IMG/VR virus record: IMGVR_UViG_3300024517_000004
DNA from: a virus
Reading direction: 5' to 3' (one strand)
Length of the DNA: 36,877 nucleotides
A program made the translations under genes and the position numbers. The stretch's first letter is position 1, and each line of letters opens with the position of its first letter. Below, one piece after another: positions 9,098 through 18,900 of the stretch. Under the pieces are notes generated by a model. That model made no database searches. It was not told the origin of the DNA and worked only from the letters and a program-made list of their open reading frames with translations.

Positions 9098-10318
9098 TTA
9101 AAGGGTTACATATCTTTTTTGTTGTTCAAACGTCAAACTTTGCCACCATGCCTTTAAACTCACAAATGCCTTACCTGTGTATGGGTCAATTATTGATTTT
9201 GCTTTGTCTTCTAATTGGTTGTACATTTCAGCGCCTACTTTTGCCTTAATATTACCCAACCTATAATTATTTCTTTCTTTCTTTATTGCGACTTGTTCTT
9301 GTATATATTCATTATAAGTTTTCTGTCCTGTTGTAAGTCCTTCTGCTTGTCTTCTTAATGCTATAAGTAGTTTTCTTCGTGCGGCTATTCTTTGGTCTAT
9401 CATTTTTACTAATTCAGCAGATGGTAATGCAAGATTTAAGTTTGTTCTCATGGCCATAGCCATTTCACGTTCACTCAACGCACCGAATGTTGCAGAGTTT
9501 ATTACATCAATACCTAACTGGTTTTGTAGTGCAAGTAACTCACCCATAAAACCCGAATTTTCTGCATCAAGAAATATTCCCTTCTCTGCTAAGAATTTTG
9601 GAACAAGTCCTGTCTCAACATTATTGTTTGTTAGTAAGTCTCTCGCACTTTCAAGCGAGAAAATTTGGTTTTCTAGTGGTAGGGTGGCATCCCATGCTGT
9701 TTGACCTGCCTTAGTTGCTCGGTTTATTCCTGCTTGTTTATTTTCAATATCTTGCTTTTTTTGTTTTTGTTCTAATTCTTTTTCTTGTTTCTCTTTAAAT
9801 GTCAGTCCTGTAGTTCCTGTATAAACTCTTTCTACTGTATTTGTGTTAGGGTTAAACACAGGGATATATTCTTTACCTTTACTATCAAATCTTGGCTCGT
9901 ATGCTTTTGAAGAAACATCATTTGTATAGGTAGGTTTTGCGTGTTTTAACACATCCTCAACAGACATTCCTGCGTTCAAAAGAGCAATAAGTTCAGGTTT
10001 TCCTTGTGCCTTTAAATATTCTATTGTTCTATTTCTTTGGTCTGTGGATGTCGCTGTCTCACCTATTGTTGATAATTCGTTTTCCATTGACGTAGCAAGA
10101 TTTGCGTCAGAGTTTGTTCGCATAGAATTAAATGACTGTGCGAGTCTAAGATTACCCTCTCTAGTGTTTGGGTTAAAGAAACTACCACTCTTTAATAAAC
10201 CTTGTGGTTGTTGTTGTTGCCCAATTAGGCCTTCTTCGTCTTCTTTTTGACCAAAGAGGTGTGGTGCAAAATAGTTGCCTGCCATGCCTCCTAGTAATCC
10301 TGTTAATAATGGACTCAT
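9098..10318 (-). CDS. Internal virion-type protein (406 aa), coiled-coil rich
   Basis: Gly-rich N-terminus (MSPLLTGLLGGMAGNYF), K/E/Q-rich helical middle. It lies in a run of non-enzymatic structural ORFs. Confidence 0.4.
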   Translation of the reverse strand: MSPLLTGLLGGMAGNYFAPHLFGQKEDEEGLIGQQQQPQGLLKSGSFFNPNTREGNLRLAQSFNSMRTNSDANLATSMENELSTIGETATSTDQRNRTIEYLKAQGKPELIALLNAGMSVEDVLKHAKPTYTNDVSSKAYEPRFDSKGKEYIPVFNPNTNTVERVYTGTTGLTFKEKQEKELEQKQKKQDIENKQAGINRATKAGQTAWDATLPLENQIFSLESARDLLTNNNVETGLVPKFLAEKGIFLDAENSGFMGELLALQNQLGIDVINSATFGALSEREMAMAMRTNLNLALPSAELVKMIDQRIAARRKLLIALRRQAEGLTTGQKTYNEYIQEQVAIKKERNNYRLGNIKAKVGAEMYNQLEDKAKSIIDPYTGKAFVSLKAWWQSLTFEQQKRYVTL

Positions 10319-10328
10319 CTTTTACCCC

Positions 10329-11072
10329 TTAACGATTTGCGTAATACATTGTTAAATAATCAAATAGACCCGGTGACTTTTGCTCTGTTGATGTTTCAGG
10401 TACTGGGGATGCCCCAAGAGCGGCATTCATATAACCTAATCCACTTACAGGTGCTGTTGTGTATCCTGCGAACTTTTGTTTTGCCGCATCTATTAATGCT
10501 TGTTGCATTGCCTGTTGTTGCATGCCTTGATTGGCTAAGTTTTGTTGGACTGTTTGACCCATTCCAAATCCAAGATTTGATATATTGGCTAACTGGTTTG
10601 ATGCACCTAAACGCTGTCCTGAACCTGCAAGCCCTGCTCCTTGGTTAGCGAGGTCGGCTTGCATGCGTCCTTGTATGTCCTGTTGAGCCATCTGTTGTGC
10701 ATTCTGAAATCCTTGTTGGCGTAATCCTGCTGAAGATTGAGCAAGTTGTTGCACCATATTCCTTCCTAATTCACCTGTTGCGATACCATGACGAGAGCCA
10801 CCAAAAGCCTTAGCGGCAGTTGCTTGAGTGCCAAGGTTATTTTGCATCATCTGACCACCTCGTAGGATGTCTGCCTCATTAGCCTTTATAACATCTGTTG
10901 TATATGGATTCATATACGGGCTTAGGGATGTTGACGATAACTGGCCTGCTTGTACCTGCTGTGGCGTGTATCCCATTTCTTGTGCTGTGCCATAACCTGC
11001 ACCTCTAATTCCTTGTGAGGCTAAGGTATTAATGTTTGGGATTTGTGCTTGCCCCTGTCCTTGTCCTGCCAT
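10329..11072 (-). CDS. Q/G/M/A-rich low-complexity virion protein (247 aa)
   Basis: Composition read from the translation (MAGQGQGQAQ.., repeated QQ.AQQ, GxG). It sits inside the structural block. Confidence 0.4.
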   Translation of the reverse strand: MAGQGQGQAQIPNINTLASQGIRGAGYGTAQEMGYTPQQVQAGQLSSTSLSPYMNPYTTDVIKANEADILRGGQMMQNNLGTQATAAKAFGGSRHGIATGELGRNMVQQLAQSSAGLRQQGFQNAQQMAQQDIQGRMQADLANQGAGLAGSGQRLGASNQLANISNLGFGMGQTVQQNLANQGMQQQAMQQALIDAAKQKFAGYTTAPVSGLGYMNAALGASPVPETSTEQKSPGLFDYLTMYYANR

Positions 11073-11103
11073 TATATTATCTCCGTTATCATATTCATAT
11101 TAT

Positions 11104-12006
11104 TTACCACCTTCTACTACCACTATAATCATAGGATGAAGATTTACTAGGTGCTGATTTTTTAGCAGATGTAGATTTACTAGGTGATTTGTAGCCTGTA
11201 CCACCAGAAAAGTTTATCCCTGATGCCTTTTTAGCAAAGTTAAATAATCCACCGGGTTTTACTAAATCTACTAATGTGTCAACATTTTCCTTATCGGACG
11301 AGATAGTGTGTACATTACCACTTGAATCAGCGTAAGAACCGCCCGGAAAACCTAAATCTGTCAAACTACCACTATATTGTGGTAATGGTGCTACATACTC
11401 ACCTTCATCTCCTATTGGATTAGATGTATACATGCCCTCACCTTCTCTCCAATCTTTATGTGCTAGTCGGTATGCGGCATGTTTGTCATTAGCATCTAAA
11501 GCCTGTTGTACAGAGCCATACGTTCTAATAGGTTGACCAGTAAGGTCATCTACACCCGGTCTTGATGTTCCATCTCCTCTATTAAGGTCTTGTTGGCCTG
11601 TTTGTTTTGTAAATGGGTTATTGTTGTATGGAGTGTTATTATATAACGCTTGATATTGAAGATATTTTTGAGGGTCTTTGATTGCCATTTCACCCAATGC
11701 TTGTTCATACAAAGGTTGTGCCGAATAGCCTTTTGTTCCATTTGCATACGACTCAGGGGTTGGCACACCTGCCATTGCATCTGTTCCTTGTGGAACTAGA
11801 CCAAAGGCCTCTGCCGCACTCATATTTGATTTCATTGCGGCTTCCTGTGTAGGATTAAATGCCGCTACGTCAGCACCGTAATAGGGTATATACCCTAACT
11901 GCTGTACTCCTTCTGCTCTGCCAACATTTTTTCGTGCCGCATCCTCTAACCATTGCGGTATCGCTGTTTGCGACTGCGTATTACCTGCTTTTCCACCACC
12001 ACTCAT
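11104..12006 (-). CDS. Virion-associated protein (300 aa)
   Basis: The N-terminus MSGGGKAGNTQSQTAIPQWLEDAARKNVGRAEGVQQLGYIPYYGADVAAFNPTQEAA resembles a motif I associate with podovirus internal proteins. The C-terminus is S/K-rich. Confidence 0.4.
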   Translation of the reverse strand: MSGGGKAGNTQSQTAIPQWLEDAARKNVGRAEGVQQLGYIPYYGADVAAFNPTQEAAMKSNMSAAEAFGLVPQGTDAMAGVPTPESYANGTKGYSAQPLYEQALGEMAIKDPQKYLQYQALYNNTPYNNNPFTKQTGQQDLNRGDGTSRPGVDDLTGQPIRTYGSVQQALDANDKHAAYRLAHKDWREGEGMYTSNPIGDEGEYVAPLPQYSGSLTDLGFPGGSYADSSGNVHTISSDKENVDTLVDLVKPGGLFNFAKKASGINFSGGTGYKSPSKSTSAKKSAPSKSSSYDYSGSRRW

Positions 12007-12007
12007 A

Positions 12008-12370
12008 TCAAAACTCCTTAACTAATGTAATTAATTGCTGTTTCCAACCAGTAGGCTTGAGTGCCTTCTTCCAACCCGGTCTTCCTGAGAGAGACATACC
12101 TTCACAACCTTGGGTCTTGCCCCATTTGATGGCATCGTCTTGCATATCTGTTATTTGTTCCAGTTTTCCACCTGCTAAAAATACATGTAAAACTTTTTTA
12201 TTAGGATACACTACTATCTCCGTAATTGCACAGCCTTTTTCCCCTGCCCATAGTTGCATAGTGCCTTTTAATACCCCATCAACTATGTCTACAAAAGAGT
12301 GCGTATCGCCACCCTTGTTCAACGCACTCTCAATCCATTCTCTACAACGTAATAACTCTTCCTGTATCAT
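12008..12370 (-). CDS. Hypothetical protein (120 aa from ATG 12370)
   Basis: The track start (12394) is a TTG. The ATG at 12370 forms an ATGA overlap with the stop of 12367..12582. Product starts MIQEELLRCREWIESALNKGG. No secure family call. Confidence 0.5.
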   Translation of the reverse strand: MIQEELLRCREWIESALNKGGDTHSFVDIVDGVLKGTMQLWAGEKGCAITEIVVYPNKKVLHVFLAGGKLEQITDMQDDAIKWGKTQGCEGMSLSGRPGWKKALKPTGWKQQLITLVKEF

Positions 12371-12582
12371 GGGTCTAGTTTTAATTTTACCCAAACATTA
12401 TTTTTTGATACTACAATCGTTCCTTGAGTATCATCCCACATCATAACACCATCTTCTGTTGCCGACTCGCCTCCAGTTTTATGGCGTAATTTATCCCTGT
12501 TAGTTGTTATAAATTTGTTCAGTCTTTCGCCCCATGACTTCCAGTTTTCACCTAACGGTGGTGGTGGTGTTTGTACACTCAT
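12367..12582 (-). CDS. Hypothetical small protein (71 aa)
   Basis: It has ATGA overlaps with both neighbours (12579-12582 and 12367-12370). Product starts MSVQTPPPPLGENWKSW. Confidence 0.5.
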   Translation of the reverse strand: MSVQTPPPPLGENWKSWGERLNKFITTNRDKLRHKTGGESATEDGVMMWDDTQGTIVVSKNNVWVKLKLDP

Positions 12583-14054
12583 CTTTTACCACCCGGACGT
12601 GCATCAATTCTCATTATTCCTGAACGCCAATTATTATTACCGTTCCCCTCAACTCTAATTCTTACTTGTCTACCACTAAATCTAACAGATGTTGGGTTAG
12701 TTAAACTGTACGCTCCATGTGTTTTTTCTGTATCGTTAGGATATGAGCGTGTCTTAAATGTTACCTTTACTTGTCCTTGCGTCTGTTCATCAGGGATAAG
12801 GTTAGTAACCTTCATAATATTATCACCGTTACCTAAACTAATTGCGCCACTCTCTGCAAATGGAGTTAAACTTCCATGAACATTTCCTATTTCGTGATTA
12901 TACAGATTACCGCTTGCGTCTGCCCATATAGGTGTATCAAAGACACCTCTATCAATACATGCTGTTCTATCTATTGTTCCTACTGACCAATGATTTTCTT
13001 TATAGTCGAATGCTACATACCTGTCATTTTCTGTTGAAGACCCTGATGGGTAAAACCACCAAATCTCAGCATGACGTGAATTATGAACTGCATATACCTT
13101 AGATATTTGATTAGCATTTAGGTCATCAAACACATAGTCAACTACGTCACACTTTATTTCTTGTGCAACACTACCATTAAATACATAGAATCCTGATGCA
13201 CCCATCCAGTAAGCACCTTCGTCAACTGCAACTGCGGCTTTTCTTGCACTCACTCCACAGGCCGTTCCCACTCTTTCAAAACCATATACAAAAGGTGCGC
13301 CTGAGTAACTTGCAATATGAGCATCGTTGTCGGTCAGTATAAGCGTTCTACCTCTCATTCTTAACCCACACATTATTTGGCCTGTAGTTTGGAGTTCAAA
13401 ATCACCTGCCTCATTAGTAGCAGATGGTGTCCAAACCGTATTATTTTCTCGCCCACTCCATTGCACTTTACGAGGATTTCCACCTGCCCCAAGAGCGAAT
13501 ACAAATCTTTCTTCTGTTACTACTATTCCTTTATTATCTGTTGGTGCATTAGTTACTGCTGTGGCTACAGATGCAGGGTTTAATGTCCACTCATATATCT
13601 TTCCATCATCTACAGAGGTTGCTAGTAGGTTTTGCCCCCATGTATCTAATGACCATGTTGTGGCCTCTTGATATACACCTGAAGATGGTCGTGCAGTACC
13701 GTATGATGATGTGCCATAAAAGTTACCACCATAAGAAGTATTAGTTGTTGCATCTTCTGAGCCTGTTGTTAATCCTACAGGTGTAATGTCTGCTATTACG
13801 TTAGACTCGCTCACATAATATAGTTTGTTGTATGTTCCTGATGCTAAATTAGTTGTTGATGAATTGTCTACCCAAGATATTAATGCTCTTGGTGCTGAGG
13901 CAAATGCACTTGCTTTTTTAGTTATCCAACCACCTACTGGCCTCATTGACCCATCGTGCCAACGAATTAAATTAGAGTCTCTCCATCTGTTGGATGACTC
14001 AAAATCTGTACCGTTTCTATAAATGCCCGGTGGTAGTTGTAGTGGTATTAACAT
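12579..14054 (-). CDS. Tail hub / beta-propeller-like virion protein (491 aa), possibly P22 gp10-like
   Basis: The N-terminus is MLIPLQLPPGIYRNGTDFESSNRWRDSNLIRWHDGSMRPVGGW. The beta-rich body has many W/Y/G turns. The C-terminus VRFSGRQVRIRVEGNGNNNWRSGIMRIDA resembles the end of P22 gp10-type proteins as I remember them. This is recollection only. Confidence 0.35.
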   Translation of the reverse strand: MLIPLQLPPGIYRNGTDFESSNRWRDSNLIRWHDGSMRPVGGWITKKASAFASAPRALISWVDNSSTTNLASGTYNKLYYVSESNVIADITPVGLTTGSEDATTNTSYGGNFYGTSSYGTARPSSGVYQEATTWSLDTWGQNLLATSVDDGKIYEWTLNPASVATAVTNAPTDNKGIVVTEERFVFALGAGGNPRKVQWSGRENNTVWTPSATNEAGDFELQTTGQIMCGLRMRGRTLILTDNDAHIASYSGAPFVYGFERVGTACGVSARKAAVAVDEGAYWMGASGFYVFNGSVAQEIKCDVVDYVFDDLNANQISKVYAVHNSRHAEIWWFYPSGSSTENDRYVAFDYKENHWSVGTIDRTACIDRGVFDTPIWADASGNLYNHEIGNVHGSLTPFAESGAISLGNGDNIMKVTNLIPDEQTQGQVKVTFKTRSYPNDTEKTHGAYSLTNPTSVRFSGRQVRIRVEGNGNNNWRSGIMRIDARPGGKR

Positions 14055-14061
14055 AATTATC

Positions 14062-14871
14062 CTAAGCCGCTATTTTTGTCCATGTTGTTGATGTTTCTGA
14101 TATTGTATTCCATGTTGTTGATGCACTTGCTATTACTTCCCATTTCTCTCTGCCTACAGCCAATGTACCTGATGTTGTACTAACGATACCACTTGAATGC
14201 TGAACACGATTACACGTTGCAGTATTTGTTGCTGTTGGACTAGATGTAGCACTACCTTGCCATATCTTCTCTGAATCTGTTGTTATGGAGGCTGTGCTTG
14301 TCGTTGATGCAATTCCTCCTCTTGTTGCAAATCCTAAAACTGCTATTGTGGCATTTGCTGTTGGTGTTCCTGAGCCTTCTCTAACTCTTTGGCTTATTGA
14401 CGATGTTGACAATGTAGCGGTTATAGATGCGCTTCCATTTACCATGAAGACGCTATTTGCAGCGCTTGTCGTTGAGGCTGAAGAGGTAGCAGAACTTTCT
14501 CTAACTCGTTCAACGCTTATTGTATTACTCGCAGTAGTGCTTGATGTAGCACTAGATTCCCTAATCCTTGAACCATTAGCCGTAGTATTAACACTTGTTG
14601 TAGATGTACCATTTACAAGAGCAGAACCTTCAGGTACTCTTCTTGCATTACAACTAATCGAACTACTCGCACTTACAGTAGTAGAACCAAAGTAGACCTC
14701 ACCTGCTGAACAAGTAATTGTAGAACTAGATGATACAGTTGCACTTGCATTAAATGTTACTGTAGCAGTAGCAGTGACTGTAGAACTAGCACTTACAGTA
14801 GCAGTGCTATCTAATACAGCACCTGTACTAAATGCTAACCGACCATACTTAAAACTACCGTAAACAGACAT
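14062..14871 (-). CDS. Ser/Thr/Ala-rich repeat protein (269 aa), probable exposed tail or whisker component
   Basis: The translation is more than half S/T/A. It shows a recurring R(V/I)(R/Q)E(S/G)S(A/G)T.. punctuation about every 20-40 residues (RIRESSATSS, RVRESSATSS, RVREGSGTPT, RVQHSSGIVS). Confidence 0.5.
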   Translation of the reverse strand: MSVYGSFKYGRLAFSTGAVLDSTATVSASSTVTATATVTFNASATVSSSSTITCSAGEVYFGSTTVSASSSISCNARRVPEGSALVNGTSTTSVNTTANGSRIRESSATSSTTASNTISVERVRESSATSSASTTSAANSVFMVNGSASITATLSTSSISQRVREGSGTPTANATIAVLGFATRGGIASTTSTASITTDSEKIWQGSATSSPTATNTATCNRVQHSSGIVSTTSGTLAVGREKWEVIASASTTWNTISETSTTWTKIAA

Positions 14872-14875
14872 TTAC

Positions 14876-15262
14876 TTAGTCTAACGTAATATCTAAATCA
14901 CCAGTCGGAACTCTAAATACATCACCAGTATCTATCGTCTTACTCGAAGACAATGTGGCATAAGCCATTAAGTTACCTGTTGTTAAAGCATCAAACACAC
15001 CTACATGAGTAACTGTACCAAATGAGGCTGTTGCTGTTGGATATTCAACTGCCGCACTATTAGATGTTGTGTTACCAGTAGTTGTAAATGCTACTGACTG
15101 ACGAGCATAGGCTGTACCTGAAGCAGATACCTCTGTACCACCACCTGTCTCACCCGGCGCGGCTGTGTATAACGCTAGATAATGTGTACCGGGGGCAGTA
15201 TAAGCCGCACCTGCAAACACATGGTCAAGTATTTCCGTTTCTAAAAAATTACTAAAAGACAT
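14876..15262 (-). CDS. Conserved phage virion-associated protein (128 aa)
   Basis: MSFSNFLETEILDHVFAGAAYTAPGTHYLALYTAAPGETGGGTEVSASGTAYARQ fits a widespread small phage family as I recall it (N.LL.H.F.G..Y..P...YLAL.T..P). The function of that family is unclear. Confidence 0.45.
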   Translation of the reverse strand: MSFSNFLETEILDHVFAGAAYTAPGTHYLALYTAAPGETGGGTEVSASGTAYARQSVAFTTTGNTTSNSAAVEYPTATASFGTVTHVGVFDALTTGNLMAYATLSSSKTIDTGDVFRVPTGDLDITLD

Positions 15263-15282
15263 AATGTCCTCCTAAATTAAGG

Positions 15283-15912
15283 CTAACCTAAGCCTCTTAT
15301 TTTCATTGTTAAACCTGAGCCACTATATTTAGCGTCCTCAGATGCTTCGTTGAGTCTTGTAATTGCGGCAGAATACATCTGCGCCCAAATTGCAATCCTC
15401 TCGTCTTCTGCTAGATACGGTGCTGAATGTAGTAATGAACCATATAAATATACATCAGGTGCTTCTAACAAAAGCCAGTTATCAGAATTACTAGCACTTA
15501 ATGCTGTTGGTTTAGCATAGTAAAGTAATTCCAAATTCGTTGTTGCTGATGGTGTTGGATACAGTTGTATCTGCCCATCTGCATGTGTGTAATGTGTTGA
15601 TACTCCTATTGCATCTTCATTAGAGGCTCGTTTGTCGGCCATTGATGCTCTTGACATTAGATTAAGTGGTGAAGTACCGTTGTCTGTTATGTGTAACCTA
15701 ATCGTCTCTATCCAATCATTGGGGAGTTGCATGTACTCGTCCGATGGACTCTGTTGGCCTGAAGAGCGTGTCTCCATCTTCCAATGTCTAAGGTCTCTAT
15801 TTATTTGTGCCTCAGCAAGCGTTATAAAGTCAGGGATGGTTGCTGTTAAATCATCTCTGTTTAGAAAGTCTGCTAGACTTGTTTTTAGTTGTGTGTACGT
15901 TGAAAGTGCCAT
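15283..15912 (-). CDS. Head-tail adaptor-like protein (209 aa)
   Basis: The N-terminus MALSTYTQLKTSLADFLNRDDLTATIPDFITLAEAQINRDLRHW matches the pattern I associate with podovirus adaptor / head-completion proteins. Confidence 0.45.
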   Translation of the reverse strand: MALSTYTQLKTSLADFLNRDDLTATIPDFITLAEAQINRDLRHWKMETRSSGQQSPSDEYMQLPNDWIETIRLHITDNGTSPLNLMSRASMADKRASNEDAIGVSTHYTHADGQIQLYPTPSATTNLELLYYAKPTALSASNSDNWLLLEAPDVYLYGSLLHSAPYLAEDERIAIWAQMYSAAITRLNEASEDAKYSGSGLTMKIRGLG

Positions 15913-15944
15913 TATAGTATTTTATCCTTAAATTAATTGATTCG

Positions 15945-18900
15945 CTAGGGCTTTTTCTTTTTCGCTTTTTCCATTTCCATGCCTTTTTTAATTATAGCAT
16001 CTGTGTAATATTGAAGTGAGCCTGAACCTTCCATGTGTGTTATTGCTTTTATAAGTTCAAACATATCACTATCTTCTAACACTTTATCTTTTGGTATGCC
16101 TGACCTTTGAGATACTATTTTTATATAGTTTGGTGGGTTGTTATTTCCATGACCTTGAGGTGCATATATTGGGATAATTTTTTCAATAGTATTTAAAGGA
16201 GTTTTTTTATTTCTTTTTGTTTTTAAATCTCTTGTTAATGCTCTTACACCATATTCAGGTGTTTTAAACTGATAATACTTTTCACCATTAACATCATAAT
16301 AAACATCTGTACCATCTTTTAACCCATCCCAATCAATATGACTACCTGACATCATAATATTACCGGGGTTATTTGTTTTTACATTTACATACCCTGCAAC
16401 CTTTTGAGATAGTGCTTGTGTTTTTACTTGTTGATTTAGGTTTTCACTTTCTTCACTTAATAGACCACCTGCGGGTATTGCTAATTTAGCATTATTATTA
16501 AGTAGTCCTTTGTCATCTAAAGACCTAAGTAATTCGTCATCTAGTATCCCACCTTTAGGCTTCATTGTTAATGACCTATAATCTGTAGCAGTAGCCGTTT
16601 TAGGGTCTACATTTCTACCTAATGCCTCAGAGGTTAATATATCCCATGCACTAATATCTTCTTTAATTCTGCCTACAGGGTCGCCTTTTAATGCTTGGTT
16701 ATAAGATGGGTGGTTTGATTTATTTGTTCTTGTTAGGTCTAAGAGACCTACATTTTGTAGGGTAGCATCAGGTGCGTTTAATTGTGTTACATCACTAACC
16801 GCAACTCTCGCTTCAGGTAATGATATTCCTGCATCTCTGAAATTTACGTCTAATATATTCTGAATAGCCTTACGCTGTTCACCTGTCGTTTTGTTTAGTA
16901 TGCCTTGTAGATTTGGTGAGCCTATACCTTTCCATGTAGGTAAAACTTTCTTTATTAGTTTATTCAGTTTGGTTTTATCTGCTCTTGTAAGAACTGTATC
17001 AGCATAGTTAATCATTGCCTCAGTCGTCTGATGAGTGAAATCTATACCAGTAGGTTTCATTTTATAAGGCATAATAAATGGGTTATCACCTGTTTGATTT
17101 TTAAGTTTATTTGCCATATTTAAAATACTTGACGTGCCACCTTGGGCAGATGCCCAAACATTTCCTTGTAAATAATTCTCAGCATTTCGCATGTAGTTCT
17201 GCCCACCCCTTAGAGGTACAGCATCTTTTAACTCAACATCATTTATATGAGTTAATATCTTGCCTGCTTCAGACCTGTCTGATTGTGTTGTTACGAATGG
17301 CTTCCCTTCAAAATCAGTTATAGATTTCTCAGGTATATCTATTAAGATGTTATTACTGGTTTGAGTCGTAACATCTTTTAACCTTTCCAGTTCGTTTACC
17401 CTGTCTCCTGCATACTGTGGATGTATATCTCTCATTTCTTTGGTCTTGCCTGTGTTTATTTCATCTAACAAGCCTGACGCTATATCATTACCATCTCTAT
17501 CTCTCACAATAGACGCATCACTTTCTGTCATATCAGGGAACAAATGTCTTCGTGCTGATGGAGTTAGAAATGTTCTATATTGGGTTTGGTATGCCTCTCT
17601 TTCGCCATGAAGGTTGTTATAGTTCTCTTTTGCTTTATTTTTGAGGATGTCATCAATATTCTCCATACCTCTTTTGTTGCGTTTTTGTACTGTTATAACG
17701 TCATGGCTTTTTTTGACAATAGCATCCCAATCCTTTTCCTGTTGGACACTATCAAATCCACCTTCTACCCATGATTTACCATATTTTTTCTTATAGGCAT
17801 CTGTTAATTTGTCTCTTTCCCCTTCTATTTTAGTAAGGTCTTCTCTCAGTTCTTTTACAAAAGGGTGTGCCTCAAATAACCTTCGTGCCTCATTTGCAGT
17901 ATTACCACCGGGTGCAAAATCTTCTATGAATTGGACTGCATGTTGTACTTCATGTAGAAGACGCTCTTTATACATTAAATGTAATTGGCTACTAGGCAAG
18001 CCAGCCAAATCAGGATTTGCTACCTTTTCCCATTTACCTGCTGAGTTTTTAGCCCATTTGTTAACACTATCAAATCCTTGGTCTTTCATAAGAATACTAA
18101 AGTCCTTATCTGAAAAACCCCCAAAGATACTTTTCTCATTAACATAGTTGAAAGGGAAAACTGGTAGATGCTCTAGTTCAGGATATGCTTTAAATAGTGT
18201 TGGATGGTCTAGTATATCTCCTAAGTAAACTGCTGTGTCAGGATGCCTTAACAAATCTTTTTTCCAATCAGTTTTTATGATTGCCGTTGAGTCATCTATT
18301 TCAAATCTCCATTTACCATCCTTAGCACGTTTGAATCCAGTTGACTTCCATATACTTTGAGCGGAAGTACCTCCTCTCTCAAAATCCTTTGCCATATCTA
18401 GTCTTTCATTGTAGGAGAATGGGTAGTTACCTTCTTCAAGTGATTTGTTAGATGTAGTGGCGTTAGGATTAATATCGTCACCAATATTAAGTAGTCCTTT
18501 ATCACCTGCGAACATTTCTTTCTTTCCTGCACCCATTGTAGATACATCATAGACCTTATCCATTACCTCGCCCCAACCATCTAAGGCATCAGGTGTGTTC
18601 TTTAGGTGTTGAGCGAATAAAAAGCCACTCGCTACAGTACCAAATAATCCCTCTTCTACAAAGTTCTGTAGTCTTGCTTTTAACCTATCCTCTGCTACTT
18701 TACTATCTGTATCTGATGCTAGATATTCAGTAATAGCGTTTCTAAAGTCTGTGTTATTAAGCATTGTGGAAAGATTACCATCTGTTGGGTCTAGCGTTAA
18801 ACCTGCTCCACCTGTACTTAGAACTTCCGTAGCCATCTTGCCTTTTATGCCATCCTTTTTAAATAACGATTTTTTGAGTGCTGTCTTAATCGCACCATAA

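Noticed and set aside
14062-14871. Diversity-generating retroelement or phase-variable target in the S/T-rich tail gene
   Set aside because: There is no reverse transcriptase ORF and no template-repeat copy elsewhere in the genome.
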